This document shows positions 21,366 through 33,288 of a DNA stretch of 64,000 bases, piece after piece (within the stretch, counting starts at the first letter, position 1; every line of letters starts with the position of its first letter). Origin of the DNA: Bdellovibrionales bacterium (GTDB taxonomy: Bacteria > Bdellovibrionota > Bdellovibrionia > Bdellovibrionales > UBA1609). The notes beneath the pieces were generated by a model that was not told the DNA's origin, searched no databases, and saw only the letters and a list, made by a program, of their open reading frames with translations. The DNA is taken from NCBI GenBank assembly GCA_027459485.1, contig DAIDIG010000008.1, positions 7,402 to 71,401 on the forward strand. Direction: 5' to 3'. A program made the position numbers and the translations under genes.

Positions 21366-21714
21366 CAAAGTTTTTAACGGAACGAAGAATAGATTGATTA
21401 ACCTTTTCATAGCTTAAGCCTTTGTAAAAAATCTGGCCGCGGTTGAGAAAAACAAAATTCACGTCTAATCCGGAGATCTTTTTATGGAGTTGATTAATTT
21501 TCAGACTTTCGCGTAACCAACGCTTAAGTCGATTTCGTATCACTGCCGTCCCGACGTAACGTGGAACTGTCCAGCCAACCCGAAAAATATCAGCATCCCG
21601 TTTCAAACAGGATAAAAGAAGCCACTCGTTAATGCGATATGATCGACCGTGGCGTTGAATGCGCTCAAAATCTTGCCGGCCGCGTAAACGCGTCCGTTTT
21701 AATTCATTTCCCAC
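21340..21714 (-). CDS. rnpA: Ribonuclease P protein component
   Basis: 124-aa basic ORF ([17 protein letters not shown]..., [16 protein letters not shown]) with a GTG start, directly downstream of rpmH. Confidence 0.88.
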   Translation of the reverse strand: MGNELKRTRLRGRQDFERIQRHGRSYRINEWLLLSCLKRDADIFRVGWTVPRYVGTAVIRNRLKRWLRESLKINQLHKKISGLDVNFVFLNRGQIFYKGLSYEKVNQSILRSVKNFDAIGCFDT

Positions 21715-21856
21715 CGATATTTACGACGAGGCGCTTGCGACCCTTTTTTCGCCGACGAGCCAGAACTTGACGACCGTTTTTGGTGGCCATTCTTGATCTA
21801 AATCCATGAACTCTTTTACGGCGTATGCGGCTGGGTTGATAAGTTCTTTTCGCCAT
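21704..21856 (-). CDS. rpmH: 50S ribosomal protein L34
   Basis: Too short for the ORF track. My hand translation of the reverse strand from the ATG at 21856 gives [50 protein letters not shown], with the stop TGA at 21706-21704. It overlaps the rnpA GTG start by 11 nt. Confidence 0.9.
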   Translation of the reverse strand: MAKRTYQPSRIRRKRVHGFRSRMATKNGRQVLARRRKKGRKRLVVNIGGK

Positions 21857-21985
21857 CTACGTCTCCATTTGAAAATTTGTGCTCGCATAGAACCATAGGC
21901 CACTGTGCCCCGTCAAGCCATTGAACTATGATTTGCACCATGATAAAACCCCCCGGATTACCGTCAGCGGCTTTTAGGGGGGCCT

Positions 21986-23371
21986 TTGAATTTTCAGGAG
22001 ATCTGGCAACAGATTAAGCAATCTATCATTGCAAAGAATTCACATAATCAGCCCCTTATTATGTGGTTTAACCCAACTAACCTTGAAGACGTCGTACCAC
22101 AAAACGATGGTTATGTTTTTAAGGTGAGTGTACCGACCGCGCTCCACCAGTATTGGATTTCACAGAATTTGCTCGAAATAATAACGGGCGAATTGGCGTT
22201 GTATTGTTCGTTTTCTTTTCATATCGAGCTTGTGGTTATTAAACAGGACGCCACTGCTCTTCAGGCAAACGATAGTCCCACGAATGATTCGCGGGAGGAA
22301 GATAAGCTGTCGAGGCCCACTCCGGTTCTCGCGCCCGCTCGAGATTCGCTTAACCCTGAATACACCTTTTCTACCTTTGTAGTGGGCCGAAATAACGAAT
22401 TTGCCCATGCAGTTTCGTACAGTATAGCCAAAAACCCCGGTGCCGAAAATTACAACCCCCTCTTTATTTACGGGCCGACAGGGATGGGTAAAACCCATCT
22501 CTTAAATGCCGTTGGTAACCATTTGAAGGAGCATTTTTCGAATCTCACGATTTGTTACTGCTCGGCTGAACGTTTTCTAAACGAATGCATCTCCAGCATT
22601 CGGCGTAACGAAATGTATAAGTTCAGAAAAAAGTATCGAGAAAATTTCCAAGTCTTGCTGATGGATGACGTACAGGTCCTAAATAAAGGTCAGGCCGTCC
22701 AAGAAGAGTTCTTTCACACTCTCAATCATTTCTTCGAAAAGCGCCAGCAGGTTATAGTTGCGAGCGACCGGATGCCGAAAGATATCGATGGTCTTGAAGA
22801 TCGAATCCGCACTCGGTTGGAGTGGGGCCTAATTGCCGATATCCAAATGCCCGACCTTGAAACGCGAGTCGCTATTTTGCGCTATAAAGCCGAAATGCGG
22901 GCGATACAGCTGCCTTCGGATGTCGTGGGATACATTGCCCGCATTTCAAAGACATCGATCCGGCAGCTTGAGGGTAACCTCAATAAAATTAAAATGTTTG
23001 CCGAGCTTCAAGGTATGCCCATTTCACTTGAACTCGCTAAAAAAGTTCTAGCAACGCACGATGATACTCGCAATTTAACAATGGATGACGTTCAAAAGCT
23101 GGTCGCGGAACACTTCAAAGTTCGTGTCGTCGATCTTAAGACACGGTCTCGAACCCAACCTTTAGTGATAGCGCGTCAGATTTCAATGTACTTGATTAAA
23201 AAACATCTCGATAAGTCGCTCGTCGAAATCGGGCGAGCTTTCGGTGGAAAGGATCACTCCACTGTTATTAACGCCATCAAAAGAGTTGAAGATCAACTCT
23301 CCACAAACCCAGACATTAAAAGTGATTTCAATGAGTTAGAGACGGTTATCCACAATTTAACAGGGGTGTGA
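21986..23371 (+). CDS. dnaA: Chromosomal replication initiator protein DnaA
   Basis: 461-aa ORF with a TTG start preceded by AGGGGGG. Has the AAA+ Walker A motif GPTGMGKTHLLNAVG, and DNA-binding domain IV with the DHSTV motif (GGKDHSTVINAIKRV). Confidence 0.97.
   Translation: MNFQEIWQQIKQSIIAKNSHNQPLIMWFNPTNLEDVVPQNDGYVFKVSVPTALHQYWISQNLLEIITGELALYCSFSFHIELVVIKQDATALQANDSPTNDSREEDKLSRPTPVLAPARDSLNPEYTFSTFVVGRNNEFAHAVSYSIAKNPGAENYNPLFIYGPTGMGKTHLLNAVGNHLKEHFSNLTICYCSAERFLNECISSIRRNEMYKFRKKYRENFQVLLMDDVQVLNKGQAVQEEFFHTLNHFFEKRQQVIVASDRMPKDIDGLEDRIRTRLEWGLIADIQMPDLETRVAILRYKAEMRAIQLPSDVVGYIARISKTSIRQLEGNLNKIKMFAELQGMPISLELAKKVLATHDDTRNLTMDDVQKLVAEHFKVRVVDLKTRSRTQPLVIARQISMYLIKKHLDKSLVEIGRAFGGKDHSTVINAIKRVEDQLSTNPDIKSDFNELETVIHNLTGV
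23346..23354 (+). promoter_or_regulatory. DnaA box, perfect TTATCCACA (inside the 3' end of dnaA)
   Basis: Exact 9-mer read in the sequence. Confidence 0.75.
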
Positions 23372-23379
23372 ATAACTGA

Positions 23380-23388
23380 TGTGGATAA
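23380..23388 (-). promoter_or_regulatory. DnaA box, perfect (TGTGGATAA on the plus strand)
   Basis: Exact reverse complement of TTATCCACA. Confidence 0.8.
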
Positions 23389-23415
23389 CTTTATGGATTT
23401 GATTGTGGGTTTGTT

Positions 23416-23424
23416 TGTGGATAG
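23416..23424 (-). promoter_or_regulatory. DnaA box, one mismatch (TGTGGATAG on the plus strand)
   Basis: Reverse complement is CTATCCACA. Confidence 0.7.
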
Positions 23425-23471
23425 CGGTAATAACCGGATTTTTGCTTGTTTTTGTTTGGGAATTCGTCGTT

Positions 23472-23480
23472 TTATCCACA
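23472..23480 (+). promoter_or_regulatory. DnaA box, perfect TTATCCACA
   Basis: Exact 9-mer read in the sequence. Confidence 0.8.
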
Positions 23481-23522
23481 ACAATCAAGCAATGATTTTA
23501 ATGCTTTATAAGAAATTTAGAG

Positions 23523-23531
23523 TTATCAACA
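23523..23531 (+). promoter_or_regulatory. DnaA box, one mismatch (TTATCAACA), adjacent to the trinucleotide repeat tract
   Basis: 9-mer followed by CTCC and then TAA TAC TAC TAC TAG TAA TTA. Confidence 0.65.
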
Positions 23532-23597
23532 CTCCTAATACTACTACTAGTAATTATATAGAGTGTTTTAGTAATTAAGCTTGGGGGGCGAAGATCA

Positions 23598-24716
23598 ATG
23601 AAGATAAGAGCAAAAAAATCAGACCTCATCTCTTTAATTGGCAAGACACAAAACATTGTTGAGCGGCGTAATACAATGCCAATTTTGATTAACGTTCTTC
23701 TTGAAGCTCAAAGCGATCGGCTAAAAGTTTATGCGACCAATTTGGAGGTCAGCCTCACTGATGAAATTCCAGCTGTTGTTCAGATCCCGGGGCGAGTCGC
23801 CGTTAGCACAAAAAACTTGTTTGAAATCATCAAAGAACTTAACGACACCGAAGAAGTCACTCTCGCTAAGCAAGAGAATAACTGGTTAAAAGTGACGCAA
23901 GGTAAATCTATCTTTAATTTAGTGGGGATAAGCGCTGACGAGTATCCGGTCTTCCCGGCAGAATCCCCGAGAGAATTCATAGAAATTGAAGCTCACGTTT
24001 TGGCAGATATGATCGGCAAAACTATTTACAGCATTTCAAACGATGAGACCCGTTATCATCTTAACGGAGTCTATTTTGAAAAGCGTGAAACAGCATCTGG
24101 ACCAGGTCTTCTCATGGTTGCCACCGACGGTCATCGCCTTAGCCTCGTCAATAAATCGGAGCAGGCGCTTGAATCGCGGAGCGGAGAAGGCGTAATTATT
24201 CCTCGCAAGGGACTGACAGAAATTTATAAGCTTCTTGAAAATGCGGACGGGGTTTTCAAGATGGCTGTCGAAGGTCCGCAGCTGGTTGTTGCATATAAAA
24301 ATGCTCTTTTAATGGTGCGCTTGATAGAGGGAAAATATCCCAATTATCGTCAGTTGATTCCGCAAAACTTAAATGAGCACGTTGAAGTGCGGCGCCATGA
24401 ATTATTAGCTTCATTGCGCCGAGTTTCATTATTGTCGAATCAAAAATCAAAAGGGGTGACGCTCAATTTTTCATCCGGAAAGCTTGAAATAACATCAAAC
24501 AACCCAGAACTAGGTGATGCTAAAGAAGAAATCGAAGTAAATTATCGCGGTAGTGGACTGAAAATCGGCTTCAATGCTAAGTACATCATGGACGTTCTGA
24601 CCAGTATCGATGAAGATGAAGTATCTCTCGATCTCAAAGATCAACTCTCGCCTGGAGTCATGCGGCCGAAGGCAAACAAGGATTATACCTGCGTAATTAT
24701 GCCAATGCGAATTTGA
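23598..24716 (+). CDS. dnaN: DNA polymerase III beta sliding clamp
   Basis: 372-aa ORF (MKIRAKKSDLISLIGKTQNIVERRNTMPILINVLLEA..., ending CVIMPMRI), in the canonical position after dnaA. Confidence 0.96.
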   Translation: MKIRAKKSDLISLIGKTQNIVERRNTMPILINVLLEAQSDRLKVYATNLEVSLTDEIPAVVQIPGRVAVSTKNLFEIIKELNDTEEVTLAKQENNWLKVTQGKSIFNLVGISADEYPVFPAESPREFIEIEAHVLADMIGKTIYSISNDETRYHLNGVYFEKRETASGPGLLMVATDGHRLSLVNKSEQALESRSGEGVIIPRKGLTEIYKLLENADGVFKMAVEGPQLVVAYKNALLMVRLIEGKYPNYRQLIPQNLNEHVEVRRHELLASLRRVSLLSNQKSKGVTLNFSSGKLEITSNNPELGDAKEEIEVNYRGSGLKIGFNAKYIMDVLTSIDEDEVSLDLKDQLSPGVMRPKANKDYTCVIMPMRI

Positions 24717-24743
24717 GCGTTGGCGGATTCTATCGTGAAGTGA

Positions 24744-28335
<3,592 letters not shown>

Positions 28336-28342
28336 GTGAGCG

Positions 28343-30829
28343 ATGGACACAACTAACAACACTCCGAAGCAAGTTACTGATGTCGATATTTCAAAAGAAA
28401 TGCAGGAGGCCTATCTCCAGTATTCGATGAGCGTAATTGTTGGCCGAGCGCTCCCCGATGTTCGAGATGGGTTGAAGCCTGTCCATCGACGCGTGCTGTA
28501 TGCCATGCACGAACTCAGCAACACGCACGACAAGCCGTACAAAAAATCGGCTCGCGTCGTGGGGGATGTAATCGGTAAATACCACCCACATGGCGACATG
28601 GCTGTGTACGACACAATAGTACGTATGGCTCAGGATTTTTCGTTGCGCTATCCGCTTGTAGACGGCCAAGGCAATTTCGGTTCAATCGACGGCGATTCGC
28701 CGGCAGCACAACGTTATACCGAAGTGCGCATGACGAAGCTCGCCGAAGAGATCCTCGAAGACATCGACAAAGAGACGGTGCCGTGGGGGCCGAACTACGA
28801 TGATTCTTTGCAGATACCGCTCGTGATGCCGGCAAAGTTCCCGAATATGCTTGTCAACGGAACGTCCGGCATTGCGGTCGGGATGGCCACAAATATACCG
28901 CCCCACAATTTGGGCGAGGTAATTGACGGGTGTCTCGAGCTAATAAAAAATCCAAACAGCCGAGTCGAAGATCTCTTTCGAATGATTCCAGGGCCGGACT
29001 TCCCTACCGCGGGAGTAATTTCTGGCACCAGCGGCATTGTTCAAGCATACCGCACTGGCCGCGGGGTGATCACGCTCAAGGCTGTATCTGAAATCGTCAC
29101 AAAAAAAGACCGCGATTATATCCTCGTGACCCAAATCCCCTACCAAGTGAACAAGGCCAAGCTCATAGAAAGCATTGCTGAACTTGTAAAAGAGAAAAAA
29201 ATCGAGGGCATCTCGGATATTCGTGATGAATCTTCGCGCGAAGGCATGCGAATTGTCATCACGGTTAAACGAGGTGAGAATGCGCAAGTACTTCTTAACC
29301 GGCTTTACAAGTTTACTCAGATGCAAATCAGCTTCGGCATTATTCTTCTGGCGCTAGACGCGCGAAATCAGCCGAGAGTGTGGAATCTAAAAGAAATGCT
29401 CGCGGCTTTTATCGATCACCGTAAAGACATCGTCACTCGCCGATGTATTTACGATTTAAAGAAAACCGAAGCCCGGGCGCACATTTTAGAGGGATTGAAA
29501 AAGGCGCTCGATAGCATCGATGAAATCATTCAAACAATTAAAACATCTCGCGAAGGTGAAATTGCCAAAGCAAACCTGATAACCAAGTTTGCATTCAGCG
29601 AAAAGCAAGCTCAGGCAATTTTAGACATGCGACTTCAGCGCATCACAGGTCTTGAGCGCGATAAGATCACAGCCGACCTGGACGAGGCGAGACAACACAT
29701 AGAATGGCTTAAAAAAGTTTTAGGCGACGAGCACGAAATATATCGCATCATCACTGAAGAACTGACGGAAATAAAAAAGAAGTACGGTAACCCCCGGCTC
29801 ACTAAAATCGAAACGGATTCGACCGAAATCGAAGACGAAGATTTAATTAAGAGCGAAGATGTCATTGTTTGTGTCACAAACTCGGGCTACATCAAAAGAA
29901 TCCCGATCGACGAGTATCGTATTCAGCGGCGGGGCGGCAAAGGCCTGAAGGGTGCTGAAACTCGCGAAGAAGACTACGTTTCGAAGATACTGACCGCCAA
30001 CACACTCACCACCATGCTCGCAATTTCGGATCGCGGCCGCCTGTACTGGCTCAAAGTGCATCGCATCCCCGAAGGCTCGAGAACGTCAAAAGGTAAAGCC
30101 ATCGCGAATGTGTTGAATCTGGCAAATGGCGAGAACATCCGAGCTATTTTGCCTGTAACGGAATTTGATCCAAAGAAATACGTGGTCATGATTACCGAAA
30201 AAGGCACGATTAAAAAGACGAGCCTTGAAGCGTTTTCAAATCCTCGTCCCTCTGGGATTATCGCACTCACAACTGATTTGAACGACAATCTAATGGATGC
30301 AAAACTATGCGAAGAAGGCTGCCATATATTTATTAGCACGAGTGAAGGAATGTCGATTCGGTTCGATCAAGACGATGTTCGAGCCATGGGGCGAACCGCT
30401 CGTGGCGTGAAAGGGATGACAATGGGTTCTGACACTGACCGGGTGGTCGGTGTCGATGTCATCCCGCCGGATTGTAAAGATGCGATTCTCGTCGTAACGA
30501 AAAACGGTTTTGGCAAGCGCACGAGTGTCGAGGAGTATCGCCTCCAGGGTCGCGGTGGCGTCGGGACGATCACACAAAAGATTACCGATAAGGTCGGCGC
30601 GGTCGTGTCTGTTAAGCTTGTAAGCGATACGGACCAATTGATGATCACGACAGATCGCGGGCAATCCATACGAATGAAAGTAACAGATATATCGTTGTTA
30701 GGTCGCAACACCCAAGGGGTAAAACTCATAGATCTAAACACCGGTGAGTTTGTGACGGGCCTTGCGCTCATCGCGGAGGGCCGCGATGACGAGGTTGAAA
30801 GCGATAGCGAAAAACCGCCCCTGCAATGA
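28343..30829 (+). CDS. gyrA: DNA gyrase subunit A
   Basis: 828-aa ORF with the active-site region [13 protein letters not shown], a QRDR-like block ([17 protein letters not shown]) and C-terminal beta-pinwheel repeats. Confidence 0.97.
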   Translation: MDTTNNTPKQVTDVDISKEMQEAYLQYSMSVIVGRALPDVRDGLKPVHRRVLYAMHELSNTHDKPYKKSARVVGDVIGKYHPHGDMAVYDTIVRMAQDFSLRYPLVDGQGNFGSIDGDSPAAQRYTEVRMTKLAEEILEDIDKETVPWGPNYDDSLQIPLVMPAKFPNMLVNGTSGIAVGMATNIPPHNLGEVIDGCLELIKNPNSRVEDLFRMIPGPDFPTAGVISGTSGIVQAYRTGRGVITLKAVSEIVTKKDRDYILVTQIPYQVNKAKLIESIAELVKEKKIEGISDIRDESSREGMRIVITVKRGENAQVLLNRLYKFTQMQISFGIILLALDARNQPRVWNLKEMLAAFIDHRKDIVTRRCIYDLKKTEARAHILEGLKKALDSIDEIIQTIKTSREGEIAKANLITKFAFSEKQAQAILDMRLQRITGLERDKITADLDEARQHIEWLKKVLGDEHEIYRIITEELTEIKKKYGNPRLTKIETDSTEIEDEDLIKSEDVIVCVTNSGYIKRIPIDEYRIQRRGGKGLKGAETREEDYVSKILTANTLTTMLAISDRGRLYWLKVHRIPEGSRTSKGKAIANVLNLANGENIRAILPVTEFDPKKYVVMITEKGTIKKTSLEAFSNPRPSGIIALTTDLNDNLMDAKLCEEGCHIFISTSEGMSIRFDQDDVRAMGRTARGVKGMTMGSDTDRVVGVDVIPPDCKDAILVVTKNGFGKRTSVEEYRLQGRGGVGTITQKITDKVGAVVSVKLVSDTDQLMITTDRGQSIRMKVTDISLLGRNTQGVKLIDLNTGEFVTGLALIAEGRDDEVESDSEKPPLQ

Positions 30830-31647
30830 TTATTCGAACGCGCGCGCTTTTGATTTCTCTAGGGGCCGCTTTGGCCATTTCGCTTTCCGGTTGCAGTTTT
30901 TCATTCACTCCAATGGAGTACCGGCGCGCCCAAAATGAGCTAAAATCAAAAGATTATAAAGACGCGTTAAGCCTATTCAGAAAAATAATGAATCGCGCGC
31001 CTGAGTCGAAATGGGCCCTGGATTCAGCTAGGCAAGCCGCGCGGGCCGCGTTTTTTGATACAAAGAACTATAATCAGGCCATAGATTTCTATACTTATCT
31101 TGTCGAGTACTCGCGCGATCAAAACGAGCGGGTTAATTCTCAGCGGCGGATTGCCAGTATTTATTTTGATAATTTGAGCGATTACCCGCGGTCCATCGAA
31201 GCTTATAATAAACTTTTGATGGTAGAGACTGACCCGCGGCAAATAGTAAAATACCGATTTAACCTGGCGCGTAGCTACTTCTACCTCAATCGTTTCTTCG
31301 ATTCGAAGAACGAAATTGAGCAAGCGCTGAAAATTTCAAAAAAACCGGATCGCACGTTTGAGCTCAAAATGTTTCTTGCCAGCATCTATTTCAACATGAA
31401 GCAAGTCCCCAAGGCCCTCGAGATCTATCAAGCTCTTGAAAGCAAATACCCAAAAAAGGCGAAAAGCGAGAATCTCGCGCTTAATGAAAGTGTTTGCTAC
31501 GAAGAAGAAGAAAAATTCGACAACGCCATATCGGAGCTACAAAGCATCGAATCAACCTATAAAGACCCCGAGTTTATTGCACTCAAGATAAAACGACTCA
31601 AGGAGCGCAAAGCCAATATGCCGGGGGCTCGGGGCTTAAAGCGATGA
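30826..31647 (+). CDS. TPR-repeat lipoprotein
   Basis: 273-aa ORF with signal peptide and lipobox (LAISLSGC). Has repeated TPR-like helices ([50 protein letters not shown]). Its start overlaps the gyrA stop (ATGA) and its stop overlaps the next start. Confidence 0.7.
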   Translation: MIIRTRALLISLGAALAISLSGCSFSFTPMEYRRAQNELKSKDYKDALSLFRKIMNRAPESKWALDSARQAARAAFFDTKNYNQAIDFYTYLVEYSRDQNERVNSQRRIASIYFDNLSDYPRSIEAYNKLLMVETDPRQIVKYRFNLARSYFYLNRFFDSKNEIEQALKISKKPDRTFELKMFLASIYFNMKQVPKALEIYQALESKYPKKAKSENLALNESVCYEEEEKFDNAISELQSIESTYKDPEFIALKIKRLKERKANMPGARGLKR

Positions 31648-31865
31648 TGAAAAAAGGACTGATTTTCATGGGCATGGGGTTTGAGCTTCTCGGCCTTATG
31701 CTCGGAGCCCTTTTTGTCGGCCAAGCTGTTGACAAACATTTCGGGTGGAATGGGTACGGAGTGGCGCTTTTCGTGGTTGTCGTAATGACCAGCTGGATGT
31801 ATCACCTCATCGTTTTACTCAAACAGTTTATGACGAAGGTGGACGATCGTGACGAAAAATACTGA
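31644..31865 (+). CDS. AtpZ/AtpI-family small membrane protein (ATPase_gene1-like)
   Basis: 73-aa ORF with two TM helices (GMGFELLGLMLGALFVGQAVDKHFGW..., VALFVVVVMTSWMY). Sits directly upstream of atpI-atpB-atpE. Confidence 0.7.
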   Translation: MMKKGLIFMGMGFELLGLMLGALFVGQAVDKHFGWNGYGVALFVVVVMTSWMYHLIVLLKQFMTKVDDRDEKY

Positions 31866-32223
31866 GATAACCGCCACTATCCTTATTCATTTTACCGCGA
31901 TGGCACTCATTGCTGGGCTTTTCTTTGCCATTAATGCCACGCAATACGCTTGGAATAGCCTATTCGCAGGTTTTCTTGTCGGGCTTAACCTGGGGTTGAT
32001 TGCTTGGACCCTGCAGCGGCTTTTTTTAAAAAAATCCGTTGCTTTGGTGACTTTCGTAATTGTAATTAAATACGCCCTTTTGTTAGGAATACTGCTTTTG
32101 CTAGAGCACTTCGGCTGGCGGATGGATTTAGGGTTCGTCGCTGGCATTGCTGCACTGTTCCCGACGCTTGGGTTTATAGCATACAGGTATAAAAGATGGT
32201 TCATTTTAACTGGACAGAATTAA
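31849..32223 (+). CDS. atpI: ATP synthase protein I
   Basis: 124-aa hydrophobic ORF with four predicted TM segments and a GTG start, positioned immediately before atpB. Confidence 0.65.
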   Translation: MTKNTEITATILIHFTAMALIAGLFFAINATQYAWNSLFAGFLVGLNLGLIAWTLQRLFLKKSVALVTFVIVIKYALLLGILLLLEHFGWRMDLGFVAGIAALFPTLGFIAYRYKRWFILTGQN

Positions 32224-32885
32224 TCCCCGGTGTTGGCGAAAATATTCACGTCGCGACGCTTTTGATCGCCGCAGTGATTATGATTCTGCTTGCTGTTGCC
32301 GGGCGCTTTGCTCTCGGGCGCGGCGAAGAATCTATTTTGCCAGCAAACCGTTTTGGTTTTAAAGCCATATTTGAAGGTACCGTCGAATTTATAGTTTCGA
32401 TGTGTGAAATGGTTATCGGTGAAGAGGGAGAAAAGTTTGTCCCCTTTTTCGCGACACTTTTCTTTTTCATTTTTATAAGCAATTTGATGGGTCTATTGCC
32501 GGGGTTTACGCCACCCACGGACAATGTAAACACGACTTTTGCGCTCGGTGTCTTTGTGTTTTTTTACTACAATTATTTGGGCATTCGTGAGCACGGCTTC
32601 GGTTACATTAAGCAATTTATGGGGCCGATGATTGCTTTGGCGCCGCTTATGTTCGTGATCGAACTTGTGTCGCACCTTGTTCGACCTTTTAGCCTAGGGT
32701 TACGTCTTTTTGGTAACATGGTTGGCGATCACACGGTTCTCGGAATTTTTCTTAACTTGGTCCCCTACTATCTTTTACCGGTAATTTTTTACGGCCTTGG
32801 ACTTTTCGTCTGCTTCATCCAAGCGTTTGTGTTCACAATTCTCAGCATGATTTACGTATCAATGGCCATATCACACGATCACTAA
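32196..32885 (+). CDS. atpB: F0 ATP synthase subunit a
   Basis: 229-aa ORF containing the essential-arginine region SLGLRLFGNMVGDH and a polytopic membrane profile. Confidence 0.93.
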   Translation: MVHFNWTELIPGVGENIHVATLLIAAVIMILLAVAGRFALGRGEESILPANRFGFKAIFEGTVEFIVSMCEMVIGEEGEKFVPFFATLFFFIFISNLMGLLPGFTPPTDNVNTTFALGVFVFFYYNYLGIREHGFGYIKQFMGPMIALAPLMFVIELVSHLVRPFSLGLRLFGNMVGDHTVLGIFLNLVPYYLLPVIFYGLGLFVCFIQAFVFTILSMIYVSMAISHDH

Positions 32886-32900
32886 CAAGGGAGACACAAT

Positions 32901-33227
32901 ATGAAGAAATCACTTCTCGTCAGCGCCGCAGTCTTGCTCGCACCTATGATGGCGGCAGCTGCAGACGCCACGGGCGCAGCCGCAGCCTCAGGCATCTCGG
33001 ATAACGCTTACTTCGCACTTGGCGCAGGTATCGCAATTGGTATTGCGGCACTTGGCGGTGCACTCGGCCAAGGTCGAGTTGGCGCATCTGCGATGGATGG
33101 TATTGCACGCAACCCACAAGCATCTAACGTTATGTTTGTGCCGATGATTGTAGGCTTGGCTCTAATCGAGTCACTTGTAATTTATGCGCTGGTAATTGCA
33201 TTCATGTTGCAAGGTAAGATTCACTAA
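32901..33227 (+). CDS. atpE: F0 ATP synthase subunit c (with about 30-aa N-terminal extension)
   Basis: Core sequence is GAGIAIGIAALGGALGQGRVGASAMDGIARNPQ...GLALIESLVIYALVIAF, a c-ring hairpin with a carboxylate Glu. It is preceded by the signal-peptide-like MKKSLLVSAAVLLAPMMAAAADA. Confidence 0.92.
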   Translation: MKKSLLVSAAVLLAPMMAAAADATGAAAASGISDNAYFALGAGIAIGIAALGGALGQGRVGASAMDGIARNPQASNVMFVPMIVGLALIESLVIYALVIAFMLQGKIH

Positions 33228-33288
33228 TTTTTGCCGCCCGCTGTTCCGATACATTATTGATCGGTTTTCAATATGTTAGAGGAACAGC

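Larger units (their letters stand above)
23346..23597. other. oriC: Chromosomal replication origin (oriC): DnaA-box cluster plus AT-rich unwinding region
   Basis: Five DnaA boxes (listed separately), a trinucleotide-periodic tract at 23536-23556 and an AT-rich stretch running up to dnaN. Gene orientation diverges on either side of this locus. Confidence 0.8.

Noticed and set aside
21721-21903. 60-aa ORF-track ORF upstream of rnpA ([17 protein letters not shown]...).
   Set aside because: A different frame over the same DNA encodes a textbook L34 (MAKRTYQPS...HGFRSRM...), so the 60-aa frame is the artefact.
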